Source: Paragordius varius (Eukaryota > Animalia > Nematomorpha). From it: a DNA stretch of 64,000 nucleotides. Within the stretch, counting starts at the first letter, position 1, and every line of letters starts with the position of its first letter. The translations under genes were made by a program, and so were the position numbers. Positions 24,001 through 37,851 of this stretch are shown piece after piece. The stretch spans positions 930,001 through 994,000 of the forward strand of contig OZ176057.1 in NCBI GenBank assembly GCA_964247055.1. The letters run 5' to 3'. Under the pieces are notes generated by a model. That model had not been told where the DNA came from and did not search any database. It saw only the letters and a program-made list of their open reading frames with translations.

Positions 24001-27000
24001 TTATTGCAATTAGCTGTCCGAGGTGATCATAGAAATGTTGATATGTTAGTTTACTTTTTTTTATAATAAAAAACAAATTGCTTTTATAAAATTTGGGTTT
24101 TTCCGAGTATAACCAATAATTCTTTGAGTTTTTTTCTAAACCAATCAATTATTATCTTTGCTACCCAAAAACATAGGGTTTCGATGAATTTTTTTAATTA
24201 ATTTAAGATGTTTAAACCTTAAAAATAACAATAAACCTATTTGAGTTTATGTTTAAAAAAATTATTTTACTGAAATTTTACCCTCTAAAAATTAGGGTTT
24301 CGATGAATTATTGCAATTAGCTGTCCGAGGTGATCATAGAAATGTTGATATGTTAGTTCGCGATATATATGGGGGACATTACAGTGCGCATAATTTACCC
24401 GCCACCTTGATAGCTTCGAGTTTTGGAAAAACTGTACGACGATCTTCAAATTATTGGTAAATTTTTTGAACTTTTTTTAAAATTTTTGTTAATAAAATTT
24501 TTTTTGTGGTAAAATTATCATATTTTAAAAGTTTTAACGTTAAAAAAAGTTATCGAGAGTTTTGGAAAAACTGTACGACGATCTTCAAATTATTGGTTGG
24601 TAAAATTTTAAAACATTTTTTTCTAAAAATTTTAAAACATTTTTTTGATAAAATTATCACATTTTGTAATAAAATTTATCATATTTTAAAAGTTTTAATG
24701 TTAAAGTTATCGAGAGTTTTGGAAAAAATGTACGTCGATCTTCAAATTATTGGTGAAATTTTACATCACTTTTTTTTAAAAAAATTTAAAACATTTTTTT
24801 TATAAAATTATTATATTTTGTGAGAAAATTATCATATTTTAAAAGTTTTAATGTTGAAAAAAAGTTATCAAAATAAAATATTATTAGTTAATCTTTTTTA
24901 AATGATGATTTTCTTTCTGTTATATATTTTGGAGAGTAGTGTTCTTGTGTTTTTTTATTAATAAAAATAACAAGAACACCAAAAAGTGATAAATAAAGTT
25001 TTTGTCGTCAAAAAAGTGTGTATATTGTTGTGTGATCAAATTATTAAAGCAAGTTTTTAAATGGAAATTAGAGGGTAAAGGAAATTGATAATTAGATTTT
25101 TGTAGATAACTTTTTTTAATTAAAAACTCTATGGTTTTTTTTAATTTTTACAATTATTTGATTACAAATTTAAATTATATTGTAAAATTTTCATGTTTAG
25201 ATGGTGTGATTATTAAGACGCGTAAAATTAGTTTATTTATCTATGCTAACACTTTGATTCAAATTTGGGTATCTAAATAACCCAGACTATATTAAAGTTG
25301 TTTTTTTTTTTTGAAAAAAAAAATACTGAAAAAGAAACGATCCCAATCTAATTTATTTCAATTTTTATTGTTGTATTTAGGTTACCAGATACCGAATTTA
25401 GCAATGTCAAATCATTTGATAATAATTCCAATCAAAATTATATACCTCACCAAGAAGAAAATATTTCCAATAAAGAAAATGAGAATAATGAGAATAACTC
25501 CAATAAGCATGATTGTTTTACAGCAAAAACATGTATTTTATCAGACCCTGAAAGTAATTTAGAATTGGCAGAAGTCTTACCTACGACCCCAATAAAGTTT
25601 TATAGGGGTGAACAACAATCAGAAAACCATATTACAGATAAAAAACTTGGCGATACAAATGAAAAAACTAAAAATTTTGTTTTGAATAATTCGAAAAATG
25701 GCGACGACGACCACACTCAAAGCAAAAACTTGTCAACTGAAAGTTTAAAGAATAATGTTAAAAGCCGTGAATTTGTTATTAGTCAAAAACTTTTTTTTGA
25801 CCATAATAATTACAATTCATTAATAAATGCAAACAAATCTAAAAATCTCAAAGATAGCAATAATAATTTAAAAAACGATAATAATTTTCAAACATCCACA
25901 AAAAATGTCATTTTAAACATTGAGAATAATGATGAAACAAATTTTGTACCCGAAAATATTTTACGGACAAATGAAAATATGTCACCCACAGGATTTCGTA
26001 AAAATTCGTGCTCAGGTTTTTCCATTTTATATTTTTTCTATTTTTTATAAATTATATTTGAAGGGTATATACGGTAATATAAACAATATTTTTATCTAAA
26101 TGACGATCATATTTTTTTAAATTTTAATTTTTGCTATATAAAATATTTTATTAGAATCGTAAACTAGATAATTGATAGTGCTATTAATTTACATTTCTCT
26201 TTTATATTTTGCAGATTACTTAAACAATCAGTTTTATTTAAAAAATTCAGATTCAAAAAATATGGATTTAATTTTTTTAATTATTACAGTAAAAACAATT
26301 ATACGGATAAAACGTACAAATATAAAGACAAATATTTCTATCTAAATACCATACCTTTTTTAAAACCTTAATTTTTGCTATATAAAATATTTAATTACAA
26401 TTGTTATAACTACATAATTGATTGTGCTATTAATTTACATTTCTCTTTTATATTATGCGCAGTTTAATAAAGTTTTATTTAAAAAATCAAGATTTAGAAA
26501 ATATGGTTGGTTGTATTTTAGAAAAAAATATATGCCTTTATATTTTTACGCGTTTTGTGCGTATAATTTCAATTTTTACTGTATTTTACATTAATAAAAA
26601 CTTGTATGTGTGGTCGTAAGAAATTTTTGTTCGCTTATTAAAACTTTTTTTAAAAAAAACTTTTTTTAGGTTTTTTTATAGAAACAAGTTTTTGGTGTAT
26701 TTTTTTTATAAAAAAGATTTTTTACGGAATTTCACCTTATTTTTTCCTCAAAACTTTTTTTTGTAATTATTTTTTGTCCGTTTTTAAAACCCCAATTTTT
26801 TAAATAGTCAATATGATTTGCTACAAAAAATGTTATTTTGCTTCATTTTTTAACCGGAATTTCACTTTACTTTACTTTTTTTTGGAGGGATTATAAACTT
26901 TATTACATTTTTATTCATAAAAAAATTTCTTAAAAATACTTTTATGTATCTACAATATTTTAGTAAAAAACCCATTTTAAAACTTTATTTCAAAAACTCA

Positions 27001-30000
27001 TAGGTCAAAGTTATCGTGAAGAAGATATAGCTTTACTTTTTTTTTGGAGGGATTATTAAACTTTATTAAAAATTTATTCATAAAAATTTCTATATATTTC
27101 AATTTTTTCCCTAAAAAACGCATTTTAAAACTTTTTTCAAACCAAACTCATTTTCTAACTCATAGGTCAAAGTTATCGCGAAGAAGATATAGCTTTACTT
27201 TTTTTAAAAGGGATTATTATACTTTATTACAAATTTATTAAAAAAATTTCTTGAAAATACAGGTATTTCAATATTTCTTTGCCCTAAAAAACGCATTTTA
27301 AAAACTTTTATTTCAAACTTTTATTTCAAAAACTCATAGGTCAAAACTATCGCGAAGAAGATATAACTTTACTTTTTTGCAGATCTTAATTAAAAATTTA
27401 TTAAAACATTTTCAAAAAAATACAGGTATTTCAATATTTCTTTACCCTAAAAAACGCATTTTAAAAACTTTATTTTCGAATTCATAGGTCAAAGCTATCG
27501 CGAAGAAGATATAGCAAATTCCCTACTCATAATGATTAGCAATGATATTGGACAAATTGCATATTTGAATGCCAAATTCTATGGGTTGACTCGTATAGTT
27601 TTTGGGGGGTTTTTCATCCGGGGCCATCCAGTAACTATGCACACCATAACTTATGCCATTAATTTTTGGTCAAAGGTCAGTAGTTTTTTGTTAAAATTTC
27701 AAGAGAAAATTTTTTATTTGATTTGAAATTTAATCTTTAAAATTCCTATAAAATATGTTTCCTATTAATAATGTAATGTAATTTGAATTTTATATAAGGT
27801 TAGAAAAATCTTTAAAGTTGAAGGTTTTATAAGAAAATCGCATTTTTTTATGTCATTTAACTAACTTATACCATCAATTTTTGGTCAAAGGTGAATTTTT
27901 TGAAAATGTGAATTTGAAGAAAAAAATTTTAAATTGAAATTTTATCTGTAATTCTAAAATGTTGTTTTCCTATGTAATATTGTAATGTAATTTGAAAGAG
28001 AATCTTTAAATTAAAATGGTTTATAAAAAAAATTCATATGTAACTATTATGCAACCATAACTTATGCCATCAATTTTTGGTCAAAGGTAAGTTTTATGTG
28101 AAAAAAATTTAAGAAATTGAAAATTTGTTAGTTTTATATTTTGAAATGTAATTTTACACTTTAATTGCGGATGAAAAACATATTAAACCTGGTTGATTAC
28201 CAAATGTTGAAAAGGTATAGAGCTATGTTAAATTGGTATGTAAGTTTTTCCTCTTTTACAAATTGAAATAAAATTTTATGTTGGGATAAAACGAATTTAA
28301 ATAGTATAAAACTCAGAGTTTTGAGAATTATTTAATTTTTTAGTGTAACTATGGAAACCATAACTTATGCCATCAATTTTTAATCAAAGGTGAGTTTTAT
28401 GTGAAAATTTCAAGAAAAAATTTTTAATACTAAAATGTTTTCTATATATACCATTTACAATTCAAATCACCCTAGAACAATTCAAATTCACCCTCAAATA
28501 AATTATATGTTTTTTGAGAAGGAAAATTACCTATATATTTTTTATAATTTTAAATAATAAAATTTTGTTTTAAATAAAATAATACTGATAAAATAATAAA
28601 CTATGCCATAAAGATATATTTCGTATTAATAATGTGTTATATTAGTTCGAAAACACATAATTTATTTTTAGGGTGAATTTGAATTGTTCGAGGGTGAATT
28701 TAAACTGTAAATGGTATAATATTTTGAAAATAGAATTAAAATAAGTATAAAACATTTCAGATTTATATATTTAGTAGAAAATCTTATTTTAATGAATGTC
28801 TTGTTGTATTCAAGTGTTTTAGAGAATCCCAAAATAATTTATTTTATTTCAAAAATTTATTTCTTATCAAAAACTCTTTTCAAAAAATATTTCTTTTCAA
28901 AAAAAACTTATTTTCAAAAAAAAAATTATTTTTCCCTTAATATTTTTAGGGTACAATTAGACCCCTATTTTTACGGCATGAGGGTTACTTGGGGGCAGTC
29001 GGTGCATTTCTCAAAGGACTAAATCAAAATGGTATATTTAAATATATACACTAAAAATAAATTTTAAAAACCTTTTTTTATATTTCATTATATTATAAAT
29101 ACACTTTGTTTACTAATTTTTTTTTAATTTCGTTTACTTTTTAATTTATTAACTTAAATAAATACATAATGATGTGAAAAATATTATATTAATTTCCAAT
29201 AATAATTTATGATTATTAATTATTAATTTTAAGAAATTTATTTGAAAGTAATTCTTTACTATATATTTTTTTGAATTTAATATAGTATATTTATAATAGG
29301 CAACTATTTGAAAATCCATACTTTTGCTTATAAATCAAAAAAAATATGCAAGAATAGATTTGCCGAATAATATCTTTTGATGGTTTTTTGTTTAAAATCA
29401 TAGGCTATTTCACAACAAATATATACTAGATTTCACAATTTTAATAGTCTGAGAATATATACCATTTACAATTCAAATTTACCCTTAAAAAATTCATATT
29501 CACCCTCGAACAATTCAAATTCACCCTAAAAATATATTATATGTTTTCGAACTAATATAACTTATCAATAATATGAAATATATTTTTATGGAATAGTTAT
29601 TATTTTTTTAATATTATATTAATTTCAAAATTTTTTTTGAAAAAAATATAAACAAATATTGGTAATTTTTAATTTTAAAAAGCACATAATTATTAGGGTG
29701 AATTTGAATTGTTCAAGGGTGAAACTGTAAATGATATATATATTGAAAATTAAAAAAATTTAAAGTTAATTTTGAACATATTTGATTGTACTCTCGTTTT
29801 ATTTAATATTTTTTATCAAAGGAATTCACCAAAATTAATAAGTTCTTAATAATAAATAAATATATATATATATATATATATATATGGATTTTTCAAAATC
29901 ATATAATCTATGATTGAAAAACAAATTATTTATTATTAGGGGGGAGGCATAGTGAAATATTTAAGGGTGAATTTAAGGTAAATTTAATATGTTTTTAAGT

Positions 30001-33000
30001 GTGAAATTTAAAATGCTTAAAACTGTAAAGTATAAAACTTTAATGTTTAATGGTGATGAAATTATTAAATTTTTTTAGATTAAAGTAAATTTGATTAAAA
30101 ATTTAAAAAAATCTAATTTTATTGAAAAAAATTATGAAAAATTTTGCGCTTGACATTTATAAAATTTTTCAAATTTAAAGTAAATTTTAAATGATTAAAT
30201 TATACTGATAAAGAATTGAAAATATATAATTAAAAAAAATTATGAAAAAATTTGTTTTTTTACATTTATATTTCTGTTTAATGATTAAATTTTTTTAAAA
30301 ACTATTATTTAATTATATCGCAAAAAAATATGAAAAATTTTACGTATTACATAATTATATTTGAAATTTTTCAAATTTAAAGTAAATTTGAAATGGAATT
30401 ATTTAAGAAAATTAAATTTTTTAAAAAATATTAAATTATACTGAAAAAAAATTATAAAAAATTTCGCTATTTCTGTTTAAATTAAATTATTAAATTTATT
30501 AAAAAATATTATAAAATTATAATTTTTTTGAAAAATTGTGCGTTTTATTTATATTTAAATTTAAAGTATAATTTTTAATTTATATTTATTTCAAATTTAA
30601 AGTAAATTTGACTCAAAAAATAAAATTATACTGAAAAAAAATTAGAAAAAATTTGTTCAAATGAGTTAATTTTCAAAAAATATTATTATTAAATTTTTTT
30701 TAAAAAAAATTAATTTTTTTATTTTTTGATTTAGACGAGGATGCCTTATATTCCTGGTATGAGAATTATATTGGAAGCAATGATATCCATAATCCACTTA
30801 TAAAAGATTTTTTTAAACTCAATAATAATAATAATCATCAAAATCAACAATCAAACACAACAAATAATTCAAATTCAAATTCTTTAATAAACGAAAAAAA
30901 TGACAATATTAATAAATGTAATAAAATGGGAAAAATATCAAACAATGTATTGCATGAAAAAACTAAGCCTTTGCTATTTAACAAAGTAAGTTTTATACAC
31001 TATTGAAATTTATATAGATATATTTAGAAAAAATGGATTTTAGACAAAAATATTGAAAAAATTTGAAAAAATTGATTAATATATAAAATTAATAAAATAT
31101 TTTTCCTTTTTTTGATTTTAAAGGAAGGATTAAAATATAAAAGAGGCATAAAATAATTTTTGGTTTTAGGAGATTAAAATTTAAATTTAGACAATTTGTG
31201 TGACAAAAATGACGGAAAAAACCTAATAATATACCATTTACACTTCAAGAGTGTCCTTGAACAATTCAAGTTAGTCCTTGAACAATTCAAGTTGGTCCTT
31301 AAACAATTCAAGTTGGTCCTTGAACAGTTCAAGTTGGTCCTTTAACTTTTTTGTTTTGTTTTTAACTTTTATCAATCAAATCGAAAATAATTCGTCTATT
31401 TTATTGTTTTTAACCTATTTTCTATTATTTAACATAAATTTTAAATCGATATCAACTTTTAATCTTTGAGAAACCGTATATCTTTATTAATTTCTTAAAA
31501 TAATTTTGGATATTTATAAGATTTTAGCACGAAATGAAAAAATATATAAGTTTTCTAGGTTATTAATTAAAATTTTTCATTAAAAACATTTAAAAGTCAA
31601 AAATTTTGTTCAATTGAAAAAAAAATAGTTTGAAACAAAAAAAAGGTTTTTAAATAAAAATTTTTTTTTTAAATGAATAAATATATAATAAATAAAGAAA
31701 ATTAGGTTAATAAATAATTAAATAAAAAAATAAATGCAAAAATTATGGTTTAATCAAAATTTATAAATTTTAAGGACCAACTTGAACTGTTCAAGGTCCA
31801 ACTTGAATTGTTCAAGGACATTCTTGAAGTGTAAATGGTTTATAAAGGCAAATATTATAATTCCTAATTTATTAAACTAATTTTTTTAAGAATATAACTC
31901 ATTGTTTATAATATTACAAAGTATAATTATTTTAAAATTTTATTTTTATTTAATTAAAATAAAAAGATATATTTTAAAATTTAATTTTAAATTTATTCTA
32001 GATGGATTTTTTAGTGTTTGAAAGGTTTGAGGGCCAATTAACACCCTTCATATATCTGCCCCCTAGCCTAACTTATTCACCTGATACTGAGGATTTAACA
32101 TGCTGTCCTACAACCCGAAATTATTGGTTATCTTTGTTTCAAAAATCAACTAGCAGAGTAAAATATAATTTTATTTTATAAAAATAAAAATATTAATTAT
32201 TTTTAATATTTTTAATAATTTTTATATAATTTATTAGAATAATAAAAATGTGAAATTATTAATATTTATACAAAATTTGTTGTTTTAATGAAAAATTGTT
32301 TTGAGAGCGTACCTTATAATTGTACTTTTTAAATTTATGTATATTTTTTATATTTTATGGTAAAATTTGATTTTATAAATATAATTTGATTTTTTTTAAA
32401 AAATAAAAATATTTATTATTTTTAATTTAATAATTTTTATACATTTTAATATAATAATCAAAATGTGAAATTAAAATATTTAAAAAGAACAAATATGTTG
32501 TGTTTTAGTGAGGTAATTAAAAATTTGTTTTGACGCCTAAAAAATTTATTATATAAAAGTACATTTTAAATAAATATTTTAAACCTTTAAATTTATTAAT
32601 ATTTTTTATATTTTATGGTACTGTATATCAAACTTTAAAATATATATATTATTTTCAATAATTTTTATATATTTTAGAATAAAAATGTTAAATTAAAGTA
32701 TTTAAAAATAAAATATGTATTGTTTTAGTGAATAAAATGGTTAGCTGTTAATGGAATTTATTATATAATATTACAATACTTTAAATAAATATTAAACCTT
32801 TAAATTTATTAATATTTTTTATATTTTACAGTAATTCAAATTATAATTACAATGTATATTAAACTTCAAAAAATATATATCATTTAATAATTTTTATATA
32901 TTTTATAAAATAAAAATGTGAAATTAAAATATTTACAATATGTATTGTTTTAGTGAAATTTTTTTAAAGGCTACCTTATAATAAAATTTATTACATAATA

Positions 33001-36000
33001 TTACATACATTTTAAATAAATATTTAACTTTTTTTAATTTTTAATATTTTTTATATTTTCAATAAAAATTTAAATTATAAATACCCTCTATATTAAACTT
33101 AGATCGTTTTGGGTTGCAAAAAAGGCATGGAAATTATTAATATTTGCTCAATTTCAGTTTTCTTTTTTAATTTAAATTTTTTGATTACAGTAATAAATTG
33201 TTTCCAATATAAAACATTAAAAGCTTCAAAGATAATATATTTAAAGGAGATATTTTTTGGTTTTTTAAGCTCTTCAAACTGTTTTATTTGAATTAGAAAA
33301 AATGGATATATTTTGTTAAAAAATTAAAGTTTTATATGTTAATCCATATATTTTTTAGTCTAAATTTTTTTCATATTAAAAATATGTGTTTAATCCATAT
33401 TAATTATAATAATATTTGTATATTTTATTTTCATTCGATTTGATATTGTAAAAAATGATATATATATTTACAGTAAAATAAATGAAATTATACGGAAAAA
33501 TCGTAAAAATATAAAATATTCTTTTTCAAAAAAAATGAATTTATATTTTTTTATTAAATACGATTCGGTATTAATTCTAAAGTATCAAATAAAGATGGAT
33601 ATTGGTAGCATAATCAATTATATATTTTACAATTGTAATAATTTAATAATAAGCTATATTATAGAAATATTTAAGTTTTTAAAAAGTATGATTGTTATTA
33701 TAAAGAAAAAAAATATTTTTTGTCTTAAATTTTTAAGTTTTGTCCGTATAATTTAAATTTTTACTTTAATTTTGTATTTTTTTCCTCAATTTATTATATA
33801 TTATATTTAATAAAGTATTTTTTAATCACTTTATTAATCTATCAATCTTATTTTTTTTTCTTTATTATTATAATTTAGTTTACTTAAAAAAAATTTTTTT
33901 TTTAATTTCAATTTAAAAAAATTTTATTTGATTTCTGAAAAACTATGGTTTTGATTATTTTAAATACCATTATTATTTTACATATTACAGAATTGAAATT
34001 ATACGGACAAAACTTCGTAAAAATATAAAGACAATTATTTTTTTAAACCCTAATGTTTCCTATATAAACTATTTACTATTGTATTTTATAAAATTCATTG
34101 TGTTAGAATTATATATATATATATATTATATCCATAACACACTTTACCATTTCAAACAATGAGTTAACATTTAAAAAATAAAAGTTTTAAAAATTATTAT
34201 TGGCTTTTGTTGGAAAAAATATTTGTCTTTATATTTTTACGTTTTTTGTGTCCTTCCGTATAATTTAAATTTTTACTGTACTTTTATATATATATCATTT
34301 ACAACTCAAATTCACCCTTATACAATTTAAATTCACCCTTGAACAATTCAAATTAATTATGTTTTTTTAAAAAATTAAATATTTCCATATTTTTAAAAAA
34401 AGAAATTTTGTTTGTATATAAAAATAATACTGAAAAAATAATAAACTAAGCCATAAAGATATATATTTAATTTAAATGATAAGTTATATTAGCTCGAAAA
34501 ACACATATAATTTATTTTAGGGTAAATTTGAATTGTTCAAGAGTGAATTTGAATTGTTTAAGGGTAAATATGAATACTTTAAGGGTGAATTTGAATTGTT
34601 CAAGGGTAAATTTGAATTGTTCAAGAGTGAATTTGAATTGTTTAAGGGTAAATATGAATACTTTAAGGGTGAATTTGAATTGTTCAAGGGTAAATTTGAA
34701 TTGTTTAAGGGTGATTGTGAATTGTTCAAGGGTGAATTTGAATTGTTCAAGAAAGAATTCGAATTGCTCAAGGGTAAATTTGAATTATTTTAGGGTGAAT
34801 TTAAATTGTTCAAGGGTGAAATAGAATTGTTTAAGGGTAAAATTATTTTGTTTAAGGGTGAATTTGAATTGTTCTAGGTTAAATTTGAATAAGGGTAAAT
34901 TTGAATTGTTTAAGGGTGAATTTGAATTGTACAAGGGGGATTTGAATTATTTTCAGGGTTAGTTTGAATTGCTTAAGCGTAAATAATTGTTCAAGGGTGA
35001 ATTTGAATTGTTCAAGGGTGAATTTGAATTGTTCAAGGGTGAATTTGAATTGTTTAAGGGTAAATTTGAATTGTTCAAGGGGAAATTTGATTTCAAGGGT
35101 GAATTTGGATTGTTCAAGGGGAAATTTTGAATCGTTCAAGGGTGAATATGAATAATGTTCAAGGGTGAATTTGAACTGTTTAAGGGTGAATTTGAATTGT
35201 TCAAGGGTGCAATTGAATTGTTCAAGGGTGAATTTAAATTATTTAAGGGTCATTTTGAATTGTTTAAGAGTGAATTTGAATTTATCAAGAGTGAATTTAA
35301 ATTGTTCAAGGGTGAATTAGAATTGTAAATGGTATATATATTTAGCTTAAAATTTTCTTTTCAAATAATTAGTATGCCGAACAAGCCTTAAGTAGTCAAA
35401 TCGATAGTCCTGATGTTTTAGAGCGTGTTTCAAAATTCAAGGAACTATACATGTCACGCCTATATTATCTATCACAAAATATTTAGTAATTTTTTTTTAT
35501 TTTTAAATTATTTTTATTTTTAAATTAATTTTTAAAAATATATATATATAATATATAACATAAATAATTATTCATATGTTTAATTCTTTTTTCCAAAAAC
35601 AATGTTTTTCAAATTAAAAAAATACTTTTTTAGAAATTAAAAAATATAAAAAGTATTAATCATTTACGTGATGGAAATAATATATGGAAATATTAAATTT
35701 TACAACATTAAATTATAGAATATATTTTTTCTTTAAAATAAAAAATATAAGTAAAAATTGAAATTATACGTACAAAATATGAAAATATAAAGACAAATAC
35801 TTTTAATCTAACTGATAACCATACTATTTAAATCTTGATTTTTTTAAAATATAACTCGTTGATTTTACAAAGTATAGAATAGAAATGTAAATTGGTAACA
35901 AAATCAATTATGTACTATACAATTATAAATAAATGCTTTTTTATGGATAAATTAAGGTCAAAAAAGAGTATGGTTGTTTTTTGAAAAAAAAAATGATTTT

Positions 36001-36235
36001 ATATTTTTACATTTTGTCCGTATAATTTTATTTTACTGTATATATTATATAGTTTTTATGATAACAAAAGTTTATTTTATTAAATTATATTGTAATATCT
36101 AATATATACCATATTGTCTCCAACACGTAAACGATTGATACTTTTTTTCATTTTTTAATTTCTAAAAAAGTATTTTTTAATTTGAAAAAAAAATGTTTTT
36201 GGAAAAAAGAATTAAATAAATAATTATTTATGTTG

Positions 36236-36276
<41 letters not shown>

Positions 36277-37121
36277 ATTAATCACAAAACATTTTTATAA
36301 AATTAATATTTAATAATTAAAAGACTTATTTTAGTTATCATCAAAAAATTTAATTTATTCAAATATGGAGAATATCAAAGCTTCTTTGCTTAAATTTGTT
36401 TAAATTAATTTTTTTTTAAAAAATAATTTATATATTTTTTTTAAAAACCATTTTATAAATTAATTTATGTTTAAAAAAAATAATTTTTTAAAGTTTTTGC
36501 CATTTTTTAAAAAAAAAAAATTTAAAAATGATTGATATTTTTGCGTAGCGCATATGGGCATTTATCAGTTAGATTATTGTTAGATACCTGTCTACAATGC
36601 TTTGTTCAATGTGGATTCAATGATCCATATTTAAAAGTAAGGAAATTTTTAATAAAAAGCGTAAAAATATTATTATTAATAAAAAGCGTAATGATATTAT
36701 TATTTAAAAAGCGTAAAATATTATTATTATTATTTATAAAAAGCGTTAAAAAAAATTTTTGAATTTTAAACTTTGAATTTTTTCAGTAAAAGATTAATAT
36801 TTTTTGAACCAAATAGTATTGAACACAATAAAGGGCAGTATTATTAGTTAATAATGGTAAAAAGTGAAAAAATAACTCTATAAGCTAATAATACTGCCCC
36901 CTTTGTGCTGTATACATGTGCTATTTGGCAATAATTAATAATTTTCCAGCAATGTATACTTACTTACTCATACTGTAAATGGAATAAATGTACAAAGAAA
37001 TATTTTTTTTAAAAGCGGCATGTTTAATATATTGAAATCTTTGAATTTTTATTCATCACTTTTTTTATCGTTTTTAAGTAACTAAATAGCCAATAAAGAG
37101 GCCTAAGTTAGCCCATTCAAT

Positions 37122-37152
<31 letters not shown>

Positions 37153-37820
37153 TTGAAATTGTGATTACGTGAGATTTTGTGAGAAAATAATTAGAAAGTA
37201 TGGATGTTATAAAAAAAATGTAACTGTGTTTACATTTTTTACATTTGTAATATATATATACCAATTACAATTTAATTTACCCTTGAACAATTCAAATTTA
37301 TCCTAAAAAAAATTATATGTTTTCGGGCTAATATAACTCATCATTAATTTGAAATATTATTTTTTTCCAGTATTATATTAATATCACACAAAAATAATAT
37401 ATTTTAAAATTATCAAAGAATAAAGATAATTTTTAATCAACACGTAATTTATTTTAGGGTAAATCTAAGTTGAAGGGTGAATTTGAACTGTAAATGGTAT
37501 AAATTTAATTAAGTTTTGGAAAAGATTTTAGAAAAGAATTAAATATTAATTTTACGATATTAGGTCATAAATAATGTAAAATTAACCCATTTTAATGATA
37601 ATGTTTAAGCTGACTGTGGTTTGGGGGAAATGATGAGTTTGCATATATAAATAATAAAATATTGCAAAATTAATTAATTTATGAACTTTTATCCAAAATT
37701 TAATTATTAATAATGTTGAACAGACAAAAATGGTTTTAATATTTTGTCAAATTTTTACATAAAATTTAATTGTCCATAAAATATTTTTATAATTTCTATT
37801 TATTTTCATAAAAAACGGAA

Positions 37821-37851
<31 letters not shown>

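Noticed and set aside
23270-28400. Exon-edge repeats as assembly artefacts
   Set aside because: The copies differ from each other by many substitutions and indels, which misassembly would not produce; long reads would still be the definitive check
34518-35332. GAA/TTC inverted motifs as heat-shock elements, and TTAGGG as telomeric repeat
   Set aside because: GAA and TTC are 3 nt apart rather than the 2 nt of nGAAnnTTCn. TTAGGG occurs singly at the MITE core-arm junction, not in tandem.
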